Part shown: piece after piece, positions 31,397 to 42,077 of the stretch
Numbering within the stretch: position 1 is the stretch's first letter
How the letters are laid out: every line of letters starts with the position of its first letter
From: Hyphomicrobiales bacterium
GTDB lineage: Bacteria; Pseudomonadota; Alphaproteobacteria; JAPOUT01
Assembly (NCBI GenBank): GCA_026708545.1
Contig: JAPOUT010000054.1
Coordinates: 5,195-69,194, forward strand
DNA: 64,000 nucleotides
Direction of reading: 5' to 3'
Notes under the pieces: model-generated
Databases searched by the model: none
What the model was told of the DNA's origin: nothing
The model's input: the letters and a program-made list of their open reading frames with translations, nothing else
Made by a program: the position numbers and the translations under genes

Positions 31397-33499
31397 CTAA
31401 GGGTGCAAGCCGACCATCTCGCGCCGGAACAACCCCGCTCGAATCTCTCCCTCGTCCATGTCCGTCTCTTCGGCGTAGCGGCGCCCTTCGTAGACGGCGT
31501 GCGCGACGGTCGCCGGCGCAAAAGCGTCGCCGATTAAATCCACCGCTTCGACCCCGCGCTCGCTCCATTCGTCCCGGCGCTCCTGCAGTCCGACAAATAA
31601 TTCATCATTGGGAACGCGCGCTCCCACCAGCACAACGGCATCCGCGCAGACACGCTTGCGCTTGCCGGTAAAACCGCAGGCGAGTTCGGCCTCCCCCTCG
31701 GAGATCCCGCGCAAGATTTCATTGCTCCGAACCTCCACGCCCAAATCCAGCAAACGCTTCTGAATAAAATGCTGCTCCATGGTGTTACGCGTCCATGCGG
31801 ACACCTCGCTCGCCGGAGTGGCATAGCAAACCGAATGCCCCTGCCCCGCCAGCCACTCCGCTATCACGCTTGCCATGTAGTAGTGGTCGTCATCCCAGAC
31901 GAGCACGCGGGCGTTTTCGGGCAAGGCGCCGGCCGCGTGCGGCTCTCCCGCGACTATCGACATGACGTCGTCCGGCGTGAGAGGTTCGCGCGCGCCTTCG
32001 CCCACGGGCACGCCGAGCGGATTGCATGCGCTGACACCGTCCCGGCGCCATCGGCATCCGGTCGCGATAACGACGCGCGGGATTTGATATTCGAGAATAT
32101 CTTCGCAAGTGAGCCGGCTCTTCAAGTAGCAGCTCGCATTTCCCATTTGGTCGAGTTGAAGTTTTCGGTGGTCGCGCACACGGACATAGGAGGACAATCC
32201 GGGCAACCTTGCTTCGCGCGCCACGCGTCCGCCGAATTCGTCCGCGGCTTCGGCGAGAACAATCTCGTATTCCCTCTGCGCGAGTGCCCTTGCGGCTTCG
32301 AGTCCCGCGGGACCCGCGCCCACTATCAACACGGACTTATCGGATTCGCGCTTGCGAATGTGTTCGGGATGCCACCCGCGGCGCCACTCTTCTCCCATTG
32401 CAGGATTTTGCGTGCATCGGATGGGCGCGGCGAGAAAATCCCCGGTGACGCAGATATTGCAGCCGATGCACTCGCGGATGTCTTCGTAGCGGCCTTCTTC
32501 GATTTTGCGCGGCAGGAACGGATCGGCAATGGACGGACGCGCCCCGCCGATGAGGTCGAGCACGCCGTCCCGAACCAGTCGCGCCATTTTATCCGGCGAG
32601 GTATACCGCCCCACCCCGACGACCGGCTTGGAGGTGAGTCGCTTGATATCGCGGATATACGGTTCCTGAAAACCTTCCTCCCGGAAGCGCGCGCTCGCGG
32701 AATCATTCGCCCATTCCGCCAGCGCCAAATCCCAGAGGTCGGGAAGTTCCGCCATCGATTCGATGATTTCCTCGACCTCTTCCTTGTGCGTCCCCTCGGC
32801 GCCGACGAGTTCATCAACGGCAATGCGCACGGCGACGGCCGTGCGCGGATGCGCGGTTTCAACGGTCTCCTCGACCAGCTCGCGCAAGAGACGCGCGCGA
32901 TTTTCCGTCGACCCGCCGTATTCGTCGACGCGATGGTTGTGCCGGCGCGAAAGAAAGAAACTGACGATGGAGAGTGCGTGTCCGGCGTAAACATGGATGA
33001 GGTCGAATTCGGCTTGGACGGCGCGTTTGGCGGCATCGCGGTGCCACCGGCGCAGTTCGCGGATGTCTTCCTTGTCCATCCGGCGCGCCTGGACGGGAGC
33101 GTGGCCTCCAAACACCGGGAAGTCGGAGACGTTGCGCGAAGGGGTGCGGCTGTAAAGATTGAGTGCGTGGGGCCCGTTGTGCGCGAGCTCGATTCCGGCA
33201 AGGGAGTCGTGCAGGTGAATCTTTTCGGTGATGAGACGCAGCGCGGGCAGGTCGGCATCGTCCCAGATGCGTCCCTCGATATGCGGCGAGACGTCCGTGC
33301 TCGGATGTATCTCGACCTCTTCCGTGCACACGACCGCCCAGCCGCCCTCGGCTTTGACGCGGCGCATTTCGGCGCAAGCATTCGGATGCCGATGCCCCAT
33401 GCCGTTGCAATGCGGCGCTTGATAGAAACGATTGCGCGCGACAACCGGACCAATCGCCACAGGCTCGAAGAGGATGTCGTGGGCGGGCGCGCGACTCAT
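31397..33499 (-). CDS. Trimethylamine/dimethylamine/histamine dehydrogenase family iron-sulfur flavoprotein
   Basis: 700 aa. HDILFEPVAIGP...RNRFYQAPHCNG contains the Cys equivalent to the 6-S-cysteinyl-FMN site. CIGCNICV...C is the 4Fe-4S motif. VLIVGAGPAGLEAA is the ADP-binding fold. By memory it is collinear with Methylophilus TMADH. Confidence 0.85.
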   Translation of the reverse strand: MSRAPAHDILFEPVAIGPVVARNRFYQAPHCNGMGHRHPNACAEMRRVKAEGGWAVVCTEEVEIHPSTDVSPHIEGRIWDDADLPALRLITEKIHLHDSLAGIELAHNGPHALNLYSRTPSRNVSDFPVFGGHAPVQARRMDKEDIRELRRWHRDAAKRAVQAEFDLIHVYAGHALSIVSFFLSRRHNHRVDEYGGSTENRARLLRELVEETVETAHPRTAVAVRIAVDELVGAEGTHKEEVEEIIESMAELPDLWDLALAEWANDSASARFREEGFQEPYIRDIKRLTSKPVVGVGRYTSPDKMARLVRDGVLDLIGGARPSIADPFLPRKIEEGRYEDIRECIGCNICVTGDFLAAPIRCTQNPAMGEEWRRGWHPEHIRKRESDKSVLIVGAGPAGLEAARALAQREYEIVLAEAADEFGGRVAREARLPGLSSYVRVRDHRKLQLDQMGNASCYLKSRLTCEDILEYQIPRVVIATGCRWRRDGVSACNPLGVPVGEGAREPLTPDDVMSIVAGEPHAAGALPENARVLVWDDDHYYMASVIAEWLAGQGHSVCYATPASEVSAWTRNTMEQHFIQKRLLDLGVEVRSNEILRGISEGEAELACGFTGKRKRVCADAVVLVGARVPNDELFVGLQERRDEWSERGVEAVDLIGDAFAPATVAHAVYEGRRYAEETDMDEGEIRAGLFRREMVGLHP

Positions 33500-33510
33500 T
33501 GTTTCCGTGC

Positions 33511-34527
33511 TTACGGCTCCTGTAATGTCACGGTGAAACGGGAATCGCCGTTCGTGTTCAGGCGGTAGAACCCGCGTTGGTCGTAGTTGCGGGAATCACA
33601 TGACCCCTGCTCTTCAATGACAAAGCGAATGGCGCTCACGCAGAACAGATGCGCGCCGCCCCAGGAAAGCCTCCTGTCGTTGATGCGAACGGTAAAGCCC
33701 TCTGCGTCAACGGCTTCGGCGAAGAAATAATATGCATGCGCATCAAGGGGCTCGAGCAGCATGGAAGCGCATTTGTCGGCATCCATGGGAAGCCATCCGC
33801 GCGTTTGCACGGCATCGCCTTTTTCTTCCTCGATGCCGACGGCCGCCCAGATTTGATGCCGCGACTCGTTGCAAACCTCAAGTCCCGTGTCGGAGCGCTT
33901 GGCCGCGGCGGCGTCATAGAGGGCGTCAAAGATTTTTTCGGTATCGTTTTCGATGCCTTTCTCTTTGCGAAAAGCGTCAAGGGCGAGACGCGTTCTTGAA
34001 CCGGCAACCCCGTCGAACGAGCCGACGGAATAGCCCAGCCGCGAAAGAAGCCGTTGCGCTCCGGCGACGGCCGCACGCTTGAGATTATAGTTTGTTTCCT
34101 CGGAAAAATACGTCGTCCACTCGCCGCCTTTGAAGTCAATGTTGGCAAAACGCGCGTGTTGATAGTCGCGCATCTGGCACAAGCCCACGCCCTCAATGAG
34201 AAAATCTTCGCTGGCGATGCAAAAAGGCGTGTCGCCGTGGTATGTGATTCCCTGCGCGCCGTAGATGTCGGCGCTTCGAGCAAAGGCGAAGAGTTCAAGT
34301 TCGTCGGGCAGGTCGGAGCGCAGCACTTCGTGGCAATCCCCCGGCGCAAGCCTGAACCATCCCTGCGAGATGGCCCCCAACTCCGAAAGGCTCGCAACAG
34401 CCATCTCAAGAATGTAGCTGGTCTCGTTGCACGCCCGGTATTCGGCGTGCGAGTGCGTCGTCCACGCTCCCGGGAACAATGCGCCTCCCGACAGCAGGAG
34501 CGCCATGGCTGCCAGACGCAGCCGCAT
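33511..34527 (-). CDS. DUF1036 domain protein with central peptidoglycan-binding domain
   Basis: It has a signal peptide and two CN(E)(T/S)..-type DUF1036-like modules. They flank AQRLLSRLGYSVGSFDGVAGSRTRLALDAF, a PG_binding_1 motif. Confidence 0.7.
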   Translation of the reverse strand: MRLRLAAMALLLSGGALFPGAWTTHSHAEYRACNETSYILEMAVASLSELGAISQGWFRLAPGDCHEVLRSDLPDELELFAFARSADIYGAQGITYHGDTPFCIASEDFLIEGVGLCQMRDYQHARFANIDFKGGEWTTYFSEETNYNLKRAAVAGAQRLLSRLGYSVGSFDGVAGSRTRLALDAFRKEKGIENDTEKIFDALYDAAAAKRSDTGLEVCNESRHQIWAAVGIEEEKGDAVQTRGWLPMDADKCASMLLEPLDAHAYYFFAEAVDAEGFTVRINDRRLSWGGAHLFCVSAIRFVIEEQGSCDSRNYDQRGFYRLNTNGDSRFTVTLQEP

Positions 34528-35423
34528 CAGCGAACCTCGCGCACGAGGGTTCCCGCCCCGTGGGCCGTAAGGAGTTCAAGCAGGAGAGCGTGCCGGACCC
34601 GGCCGTCAAGAATGGCCGCGGCTTCGACACCCGACTCCACCGCGTTCATCGCGGTCTTGAGTTTGGGAATCATCCCGCCTTCAATAATTCCGTCTTGTTC
34701 GAGCAAATGCCCCGCTTGTGCGAGCGACACCTCTTCAATAAGTTTTCCTTTTTCGTCGAGTACTCCGGATACATCGGTAAGCAGCAACAAACGCGTTGCA
34801 TTCAAAGCCGCCGCCAGCGAACCCGCCATCGTATCGGCGTTAATGTTGTAGGTGTTGCCGTCTTCATCAATGCCGATGGGTGCGACCACCGGAATCATTC
34901 CCTCGTTCAAAAGTGCGACAACAACGGAAGTATTGATTTCTTCCGGCTCGCCGACGAAACCGAGATCCTTGGAATGCCTTATCTTGCGCGCACGCACGAG
35001 GTTCGCGTCCTTGCCGGAGATTCCCACGCCCGCGCCCCCGACACGATTCAAGCACGCCGCAAGCTGCTTGCTAATTTTTCCGCTCAGCACCATCTCGGCG
35101 ACTTCGACGGTTTGCGCATCCGAGATGCGCAAGCCGTCGGCGAAACCGGAGTCGATTCCAAGCCTCTCGAGCATGGATTCAATTTGCGGCGCTCCTCCGT
35201 GCACGACCACCGGACGCAGGCCGCTATGGTGAAGCAGAACGACATCACGAGCGAAGTTTCTGCAGGCTTCGGCATCAAGCATGGCGTTGCCGCCGTATTT
35301 GACCACGATGGTTTTGCCGGCATAACGCTGCATGAAAGGCAACGCCTCGGAAAGCAGATGCGCCTTGCGCAGCCATTCTTCCGCCAATGCGCGCTTGCCG
35401 TCTTTGCCGGATGCGTCACTCAT
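34527..35423 (-). CDS. argB: Acetylglutamate kinase
   Basis: 298 aa. [25 protein letters not shown]...VVVHGGGPQI-type motifs are present. Confidence 0.93.
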   Translation of the reverse strand: MSDASGKDGKRALAEEWLRKAHLLSEALPFMQRYAGKTIVVKYGGNAMLDAEACRNFARDVVLLHHSGLRPVVVHGGAPQIESMLERLGIDSGFADGLRISDAQTVEVAEMVLSGKISKQLAACLNRVGGAGVGISGKDANLVRARKIRHSKDLGFVGEPEEINTSVVVALLNEGMIPVVAPIGIDEDGNTYNINADTMAGSLAAALNATRLLLLTDVSGVLDEKGKLIEEVSLAQAGHLLEQDGIIEGGMIPKLKTAMNAVESGVEAAAILDGRVRHALLLELLTAHGAGTLVREVR

Positions 35424-37203
35424 GGGTTTTGTCGCTCTTGTTTTTTGAGAGAAACGGGAGGTTGTCGAACAGCGCGATGGGAACGCCCTGCCTGCGCATG
35501 ATGACGCCTTGCTGCAGTATGGAAAGGAAATTGTTCCACGCCCAGTAAATAACCAGCCCGGCCGGAAAACCCGCGAGCAGGACGGTGAAGAGCACGGGCA
35601 TCCATGCGAAGATTTTTTGCTGGATGGGATCGGACGGCGCCGGGTTCATGCGCATTTGCGCCCACATGGTCACGCCCATGATGAGCGGCCAGATGCCGAT
35701 GAGCAGGAAGGCGGGAACTTCGAAGGGAAGCAGCCCGAACAGGTTGAAGATGGAGGTGGGATCGGGCGCGGAAAGATCCTGCACCCAGCCGTAAAAAGGC
35801 GCATGGCGCATCTCAATGGTCACAAACAGCACTTTATACAGCGCGAAAAAGACGGGGATTTGCACCAATACCGGCAGGCATCCCTGCATCGGGTTAACCT
35901 TCTCGCGCTTGTAGAGCGCCATGAGTTCCTGCTGCTGGCGCATTTTGTCATCGGGGAACCTCTCGCGCAGTTTGACCATTTCGGGCTGGAGTTTTTTCAT
36001 CCGGCTCATCGCAACGTAGGACTTGTTGGCGAGCGGGAAGAAGGCGAGTTTGATGCACACGGTCACCAGCAAAATGGAAACGCCGAAGTTGCCGACAAGA
36101 TTGTAAAAATAGTCGAGAAACAAAAACAGCGGTTTTGTGAGAAAGTAAAACCATCCCCAATCGATGAGAAGATCAAACTGCGGAACATTGAAGGCCTGCT
36201 CGTAGCTGTCGAGGAGCGCGACCTGTTTGGCGCCTGCGAAAAGTTGATTCTCGACACTCGCGCGCGCGCCGGGCTCAACGGTAACGCCGCCGAGGAGATA
36301 GTCGCTTTGGTAGACATCGACGCCGGGGCGGTTTTCCCTGAAGAAGCGCGCATCGAAACCGCCGCCCTGGCTCGGGACGAGGACGGTTCCCCAGTATTTG
36401 TCGGTGATGCCGAGCCAGCCGTTGTCGGACCGGTATTTGGTTGCAATGCCGTCTTCCAGATCGTCGTAGTCGATTTCCTGCAAGCCTTCCTCGTCGAAGA
36501 TGCCGATGAGTCCTTCGTGCAAAATAAAAAAGCCGCTGATTTCGGGAGCGCCGTGCCGCGTGATGAGACCGTAGGGAAAAAGTTCGACGCTTGAGTCGTT
36601 GTTGTTGGTCACAGACTGGGTGACGGTGAACATGAAGTTTTCATCAATGGTGATGGTGCGTTCGAAAACGAGTCCCTCGCCATTGTCCCAAGTAAGCCGC
36701 AGGGGGGACTCGATCGTGAGCGTCGCGTCGCCGGGCGCCCGCCAGAGTGTCTCGGCGTCCGGCGTGGCAACGGCGCTGTCGCGCGGCGTCCAGCCGAAAG
36801 CAACAAAATAAGGCTTGAGCGAATTCAGCGGCGCGAGCAAGCGAATCTGCGAACTGTCGGGGTCGAGTGTTTCGGAATAATCCTTCAGATAAAGGTCGTC
36901 AAAATACCCGCCTCGAAGCGCGATGGAACCGCGCAGCCTCGGCGTATCGATGGCAACCCTCGGCGAAACACCCGCGCTTGATGCCGGCGTTGCCGCCTCC
37001 GCGCCGGATGCTTGCGGCGTCGGCGTGGCGACGTCATCGGACGGCGTCGGCTGCGCAAGGGTTGCTTGCGAAGTTTGCTCCCTTTGCTGCTGGAGGGCCT
37101 GTTCCTGCTCCATGCGAGGCAGGACATAGAAGTACTGCCAGAGAATGAGCACCAGCACGCTCAGCGTTGCCGCGAGGATAAAATTGCGATTGTTATCGCC
37201 CAT
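35416..37203 (-). CDS. yidC: Membrane protein insertase YidC
   Basis: 595 aa. It has an N-terminal TM segment, a large periplasmic domain and a C-terminal 60-kDa insertase core ([20 protein letters not shown]...[18 protein letters not shown]). Confidence 0.95.
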   Translation of the reverse strand: MGDNNRNFILAATLSVLVLILWQYFYVLPRMEQEQALQQQREQTSQATLAQPTPSDDVATPTPQASGAEAATPASSAGVSPRVAIDTPRLRGSIALRGGYFDDLYLKDYSETLDPDSSQIRLLAPLNSLKPYFVAFGWTPRDSAVATPDAETLWRAPGDATLTIESPLRLTWDNGEGLVFERTITIDENFMFTVTQSVTNNNDSSVELFPYGLITRHGAPEISGFFILHEGLIGIFDEEGLQEIDYDDLEDGIATKYRSDNGWLGITDKYWGTVLVPSQGGGFDARFFRENRPGVDVYQSDYLLGGVTVEPGARASVENQLFAGAKQVALLDSYEQAFNVPQFDLLIDWGWFYFLTKPLFLFLDYFYNLVGNFGVSILLVTVCIKLAFFPLANKSYVAMSRMKKLQPEMVKLRERFPDDKMRQQQELMALYKREKVNPMQGCLPVLVQIPVFFALYKVLFVTIEMRHAPFYGWVQDLSAPDPTSIFNLFGLLPFEVPAFLLIGIWPLIMGVTMWAQMRMNPAPSDPIQQKIFAWMPVLFTVLLAGFPAGLVIYWAWNNFLSILQQGVIMRRQGVPIALFDNLPFLSKNKSDKTHE

Positions 37204-37564
37204 GTTCGCGACCGTTTTGGTGTTTGAGCTTTTTCAAGACGCGCTGGATGTCTCTGCGCACGAGTTGGTAGGGACGCGTGAGACCGTCGCGCTTGGCAAC
37301 GAAAACATAGTCGTGCCCGTCTTGTCCGTATTGCGGCAGAAGTTCTTTTGCGAGAGCGCGAAGGCGTCGGCGGATTCGGTTGCGCTTGACGGCATTGCCG
37401 TTTTTTTTGGAGACGGTAAGACCGAAGCGGATGCCTTCGCCTCCGTCAACTTGGTGCACTTGCAGAATCGCGGCGGGCATGAAAATTTTCCGCCCCTTTT
37501 TTGTCAGCGTGATGAATTGGCTTCGCTTCTTGAGGCTGCAAAGTTTTTCTGCGGCGTTCGTCAT
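37193..37564 (-). CDS. rnpA: Ribonuclease P protein component
   Basis: 123 aa. The sequence GLTVSKKNGNAVKRNRIRRRLR is the RNR motif. The gene lies between rpmH and yidC. Confidence 0.9.
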   Translation of the reverse strand: MTNAAEKLCSLKKRSQFITLTKKGRKIFMPAAILQVHQVDGGEGIRFGLTVSKKNGNAVKRNRIRRRLRALAKELLPQYGQDGHDYVFVAKRDGLTRPYQLVRRDIQRVLKKLKHQNGREHGR

Positions 37565-37605
37565 GGAAATGGTTGTGCTAAAGGCGCCGTGCTCGACGCG
37601 GGATA

Positions 37606-37740
37606 CTATGCGCTGAGACGTTTGCGTCCTTTGGCGCGACGACGTCGCAGGATTGCCTGTCCGGCGTGTGTGCGGGATCTTGCCCGGAATCCCATGCGGC
37701 GTTTGCGCACGAGGGTGCTTGGCTGGAAAGTGCGCTTCAT
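37606..37740 (-). CDS. rpmH: 50S ribosomal protein L34
   Basis: The internal start gives [44 protein letters not shown] (44 aa), the canonical L34 sequence. Confidence 0.95.
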   Translation of the reverse strand: MKRTFQPSTLVRKRRMGFRARSRTHAGQAILRRRRAKGRKRLSA

Positions 37741-37942
37741 AGGTCTGCGGCTCCGTTTTGGTGTATTATCAGGGGCTTGGGGGTGCAAGCGGAGCGAGCC
37801 TAGCGCAAAATCCCGCGGGTGGCAACCTTTCCTGCGGCAATTATTTTTCACGCCCCCTATTGAAACATCAACGGTTTTGTGGAATCAATATATAAGTTCG
37901 TGGAATTAGCCCTTCCCCTTCAAGCAGACTTTCGAGACTTCC

Positions 37943-38749
37943 ATGACCTCCTCTTCCCGCACAGACAAGCCTCGCTTCTCCGTAAAACGCCTGTTACCCT
38001 TGATAATTCTCCTGGCCGTGATGGCCGTGGTCATCTGGCAGGAGTGGTATTTGTATATCAGTTTTTCCAAAATCGTCGAACACGAAGGCGCCCTGAAGCA
38101 ATTTGTCGATGATTATCTGCTCCTGGCGATTCTCGCCTATATGTCGCTTTACGTGGTCGTGGTCGCGCTCTCGCTCCCCGGAGGCGCGTTGCTCACCATC
38201 ACCGGTGGCTTCCTGTTCGGACTCGTGCTGGGGGGATTCGCAACGGTGGTTGCCGCAACCATCGGCGCTTCGATTATCTTCCTCATCGCAAAGACCTCGC
38301 TGGGAGAACCCCTGGCCGCCCGCGCGGGACCGTGGCTGGAAAAACTGCGCCAGGGATTTCAGGAGAATGCTTTGAGTTACCTGCTGTTCCTGCGTCTGGT
38401 TCCGGCGTTTCCGTTCTGGCTGGTAAATCTTGCACCGGCGGTGCTGGGAGTGAAACTCCGCACCTATGTCCTGGGCACTTTCTTCGGAATTATTCCCGGA
38501 TCGACCGCGTTTACCTTTTTGGGCGTCGGCTTGCAATCGATTATCGACGAGCAGCGCACCGTCTACGAAAATTGCCTCGCCGCAACGGGCGAGAGCGCGA
38601 GCGGGACGGTTGCGGGCGAGGCGGTCTGCAAGTTCGAGTTTTCACCAGCAAGCCTGGTGACAACCGAAATGCTTGTGGCGTTTACGGCATTGGGCGTAGT
38701 AGCATTAATTCCGATCGCGTTGCGCAAGTTGCGGGCTCGGGCAGGTTAA
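37943..38749 (+). CDS. TVP38/TMEM64 (DedA-related) family membrane protein
   Basis: 268 aa, multi-TM. It has LRLVPAFPFWLVNLAPAVLGV and the typical SNARE-associated/VTT domain pattern. Confidence 0.8.
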   Translation: MTSSSRTDKPRFSVKRLLPLIILLAVMAVVIWQEWYLYISFSKIVEHEGALKQFVDDYLLLAILAYMSLYVVVVALSLPGGALLTITGGFLFGLVLGGFATVVAATIGASIIFLIAKTSLGEPLAARAGPWLEKLRQGFQENALSYLLFLRLVPAFPFWLVNLAPAVLGVKLRTYVLGTFFGIIPGSTAFTFLGVGLQSIIDEQRTVYENCLAATGESASGTVAGEAVCKFEFSPASLVTTEMLVAFTALGVVALIPIALRKLRARAG

Positions 38750-38765
38750 ACTTGAGGGAAACAAG

Positions 38766-40196
38766 ATGGCAAAAGCAAGCAGTGTGGATTTATGCATTAT
38801 CGGCGCCGGATCCGGCGGACTGGCTTTAGCGGCCGGAGCGGTGCAGATGGGGGCAAGTGTTGCGCTCATCGAGAAAGGCAAAATGGGGGGCGATTGCCTC
38901 AACTACGGATGCGTTCCTTCAAAAGCGATGATAGCGGCGGGCAAGCATGCGCATGAAATGTCTTCGGGCGAGTCGTTCGGCGTTGCACGCCAGCCCGCCG
39001 AGGTGAACTTCTCGCAGGTTGCGGCGCATGTTCGCGGCGTGATAGGCGCGATAGCTCCCCACGACTCGCAAGAGCGCTTCGAGGGCCTGGGCGTGGAGGT
39101 CCACCGCGCCGAGGGGAAATTTCTTTCGAGGAATGTCGTTGAAGCCGGGGAATACCGCATCCAGGCCCGGCGGTTTGTAATCGCCACAGGCTCGTCTCCG
39201 GGAGTTCCTCCGATTCCCGGTCTCGAAGACGTGCCGTTCTTCACCAACGAAACCATCTTCGATAACGAGCAGCGCCCGGAGCACCTTATCGTCATCGGCG
39301 GGGGTCCCATCGGCATGGAACTGGCACAGGCGCATCGGCGCCTGGGATCGAAGGTCACCGTGCTGGAAATGTTCCAAACCCTCGCAAAAGACGACCCCGA
39401 GCTTACGCAAATCGTCAAAGACAGCATGATTGGAGACGGCGTTACGCTGCTTGAGGGCATCGCCATCGACGGCATCTCCAAGTCCGAGGGCGGCGGCATT
39501 TGCGTGCGCCTGCGCAAGGACGAACGCGAGCAGGAAGTCCAAGGCTCGCACTTGCTGGTGGCCGCGGGACGGCGTCCCAATGTTTCAAATTTGGAACTGG
39601 AGAAAGCGGGCGTGGCGTATTCGCCCCGCGGAATCGAAGTGGATGCGCGCCTGCGCACGACCAACAAAAAGATATTTGCGATAGGGGATGTCACCGGCGG
39701 CTTGCAGTTCACGCATGTTGCGGGCTATCACGCCGGCATTGTCATTCGCAACGCATTGCTGCGGATACCCGCGAAGGCGGACCATTCCTGCGTGCCGTGG
39801 GTGACCTATACGGATCCCGAACTTGCCCATGTCGGCTTGGACGAGAAGCGCGCGAGGGAGATTCACGGCGACAAACTCCGGGTGTTGCGCTGGTCGATGG
39901 AAGAGAACGACCGCGCGCAGGCGGAGCGGCGCACCAAGGGCATGGCGAAGGCGCTGGTAAGCCCGCGCGGACACATCCTTGGCGTCTCGATCGTCGGGCC
40001 CCATGCAGGCGACTTGTTGCAGCCATGGGTTCTCGCGATGACGAAGAAATTGAAAATAGGGTCGATGGCGGGTTTCATCGCGCCCTATCCGACGCTGGGG
40101 GAGATTAACAAACGCATTGCGGGTTCGTATTTCACGGAGAAGTTGTTCTCAAACTCAATGCGCCGCATTGTGCGCTTCCTGTCGGCGTTTGGCTGA
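38766..40196 (+). CDS. Pyridine nucleotide-disulfide oxidoreductase (dihydrolipoyl dehydrogenase / mercuric reductase-like)
   Basis: It has IIGAGSGGLALA, the redox-active GGDCLNYGCVPSK and a C-terminal dimerisation domain. Confidence 0.85.
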   Translation: MAKASSVDLCIIGAGSGGLALAAGAVQMGASVALIEKGKMGGDCLNYGCVPSKAMIAAGKHAHEMSSGESFGVARQPAEVNFSQVAAHVRGVIGAIAPHDSQERFEGLGVEVHRAEGKFLSRNVVEAGEYRIQARRFVIATGSSPGVPPIPGLEDVPFFTNETIFDNEQRPEHLIVIGGGPIGMELAQAHRRLGSKVTVLEMFQTLAKDDPELTQIVKDSMIGDGVTLLEGIAIDGISKSEGGGICVRLRKDEREQEVQGSHLLVAAGRRPNVSNLELEKAGVAYSPRGIEVDARLRTTNKKIFAIGDVTGGLQFTHVAGYHAGIVIRNALLRIPAKADHSCVPWVTYTDPELAHVGLDEKRAREIHGDKLRVLRWSMEENDRAQAERRTKGMAKALVSPRGHILGVSIVGPHAGDLLQPWVLAMTKKLKIGSMAGFIAPYPTLGEINKRIAGSYFTEKLFSNSMRRIVRFLSAFG

Positions 40197-41625
40197 GAAG
40201 GACCGCATCAAGGCGCGAAAACTCTCGCGCGAACGGCTTGCGTCCCTGTGGCAGCGAACGGGCCTGTCGGGAAAATTGCTGCTTTTGACAATATGCTTCG
40301 TGATGCTGTCGGAGATATTGATTCTGTTCCCCTCGCTCGGAAACTATTGGGAGAATCGTCTGCGCGACCATCTTGAGGCTTCGAAAATCGCCGTGTTGGC
40401 GTTGGAAGCCTCGCCGGACCACACGGTGACCCAGGACTTATCGAGGATGCTGCTGTCGAATGCGGGAGTGTCATCGGTGTCGTTGAAGCGGGCCGACAGG
40501 CGCGCGCTGGCACTGGGAATGGAGCACCCCGAATCGATTCGCGGCAGCATTGACTTGCGAACACCCGCAAATTTTTCCGCCATGATACACGCGCTGCGTC
40601 TGCTGGTGCTTGGCGGCGAAGGGTCCATCCGTGTAATCGGCAACTCAAACATGGGTGAAGACGAGAGAATCGAGATAGTCATAGCACAACCGCCGTTGCG
40701 CGCGGCACTGTTCGAGTTCAGCGAACGAATCCTTTTATTGTCAACGGTGATATCGGTAGTAACGGCGACATTGGTGTTTTTCGCGATCGACCGCTTGATG
40801 GTTCGGCCGACCCGCCGCCTGACTTCGAACATGATTGCCTTCCGCGAAGATCCCGATAATGCGGAGCGTGTGATAAAGCCTTCGCCCCGCCGCGACGAGA
40901 TTGGCACGATGGAGCAGGAACTCGCCCACATGCAAACGAAAATACGCGCAGACTTGCAGCGACGGAAGAAACTGGCGGCGCTGGGTTTGGCGGTTAGCAA
41001 AATTAATCATGACTTGCGGAACATGTTGTCGAGCGCGCAGTTGATATCGGACAGGATTGCCGAGTTGAAAGATCCCGAAACGAGCCGCCTGGCGCCCCGT
41101 TTGGTTGCATCGATCGGCAGGGCGATTGCCCTGTGCAAGCAAACGCTTCGCTTCGGCAGGGAAGAAGAACGCAAACCCCGCCTCGACAAGTTGGACCTGC
41201 ATGCGCTTGTTGAAGAGGTCGGACGCTCCGTCGGCATTGTCGAGACAAGCGGCATTGTTTGGCGCAATAACGTCGATGAAGGTTTTCGCCTATACGCCGA
41301 CAGTGAGCAATTCTTCCGCATACTGATGAATCTCGGACGCAATGCGGTTCAGGCGATGGAGTCCTGCCACCGCACCGGGGATATTTGCGTGTCGGCGAAG
41401 CGTTTGGACCAACACGTTGAGATAGAAGTCCGTGACAACGCCCGCGGCGTTCCCGACGAAGTTCGAGAATGGCTGAAGAAGGATTTTGCGGCGCCGCTGT
41501 CAGGGAGGATAGGATTGGGTTTGGCAATAACCCGGGAATTGATTCGCTTGCACGGCGGCGAGATGTCTCTGGCATCGACAAGCGAAGCCGGATCAAGTTT
41601 TCGGATAGCGCTGCCGCACGGCTAA
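40117..41625 (+). CDS. Sensor histidine kinase (no adjacent response regulator)
   Basis: It has TM segments, an H-box (LAVSKINHDLRNML), an N-box (NLGRNAVQAM) and a G-box (GLGLAITRELIRLHGGEM). The start is uncertain: the ATG at 40117 overlaps the upstream gene by 80 nt, and a TTG near 40273 is an alternative. Confidence 0.8.
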   Translation: MRVRISRRSCSQTQCAALCASCRRLAEKDRIKARKLSRERLASLWQRTGLSGKLLLLTICFVMLSEILILFPSLGNYWENRLRDHLEASKIAVLALEASPDHTVTQDLSRMLLSNAGVSSVSLKRADRRALALGMEHPESIRGSIDLRTPANFSAMIHALRLLVLGGEGSIRVIGNSNMGEDERIEIVIAQPPLRAALFEFSERILLLSTVISVVTATLVFFAIDRLMVRPTRRLTSNMIAFREDPDNAERVIKPSPRRDEIGTMEQELAHMQTKIRADLQRRKKLAALGLAVSKINHDLRNMLSSAQLISDRIAELKDPETSRLAPRLVASIGRAIALCKQTLRFGREEERKPRLDKLDLHALVEEVGRSVGIVETSGIVWRNNVDEGFRLYADSEQFFRILMNLGRNAVQAMESCHRTGDICVSAKRLDQHVEIEVRDNARGVPDEVREWLKKDFAAPLSGRIGLGLAITRELIRLHGGEMSLASTSEAGSSFRIALPHG

Positions 41626-41647
41626 GGCGGCGGGGACGCCCGCCGCC
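41626..41647. terminator. GC-rich hairpin between convergent genes
   Basis: GGCGGCGGG-gacg-CCCGCCGCC forms a 9-bp stem immediately after the kinase stop. There is no clear U-tract on either strand. Confidence 0.35.
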
Positions 41648-41666
41648 CGGCGAGCGCCCCGTGTTG

Positions 41667-42077
41667 CTATGAAAGCTGCGATTTGTCTTTGAAATCGTTT
41701 GACCAGCGCAGCGCCGCCTGCCGGAGTTGATTGGTCGGACGGTAGAGTTCCGAGCGTCCGATTTTTTCCTTGCAGACCGCAAATCCGTTGCCGGTGAACC
41801 TGCGAAGCATGGCCCGCACGGTTCCCATGGACCTGGCCGAGGCTTCCTGGAGGTGCTTTGCAACGAGGGGTTTGCCCCGCATATCGAGATCCAGCAGCAG
41901 CAATGTCATGAGCCAGTCGGAGTGATTCGCGATTTGCCCATCGAGTTGTTCTTCGGCGATGGAGTGGGCCGTGACAATCGTGTTGATGTTTTGCATCACG
42001 GACGTCCACTGGTCCTGAAAGGAGAGGTTTGGCGAGGGGGGTGTGGATTGTCGGGAGACGAGTTTGAGGGATTCCAT
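41667..42077 (-). CDS. Hypothetical winged-helix-like DNA-binding protein
   Basis: 136 aa from MESLKLVS. The segment GKPLVAKHLQEASARSMGTVRAMLRRFTGNGFAVCKEKIGRSELYRPT looks like a wHTH. I do not recognise the family. Confidence 0.5.
   Translation of the reverse strand: MESLKLVSRQSTPPSPNLSFQDQWTSVMQNINTIVTAHSIAEEQLDGQIANHSDWLMTLLLLDLDMRGKPLVAKHLQEASARSMGTVRAMLRRFTGNGFAVCKEKIGRSELYRPTNQLRQAALRWSNDFKDKSQLS

Noticed and set aside
35416-35423. Absence of engB/yihA between yidC and argB, and of yraN between rsmI and gshB, relative to the synteny I remember for many alphaproteobacteria
   Set aside because: Gene order varies between lineages and the genes may be elsewhere in the genome. This cannot be evaluated from one window.
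37878-37887. TGTGGAATCA near rpmH as a DnaA box / origin signal
   Set aside because: It is a single imperfect match to TGTGGATAA. There is no cluster of boxes or AT-rich unwinding element, and alphaproteobacterial origins are usually not at rpmH.
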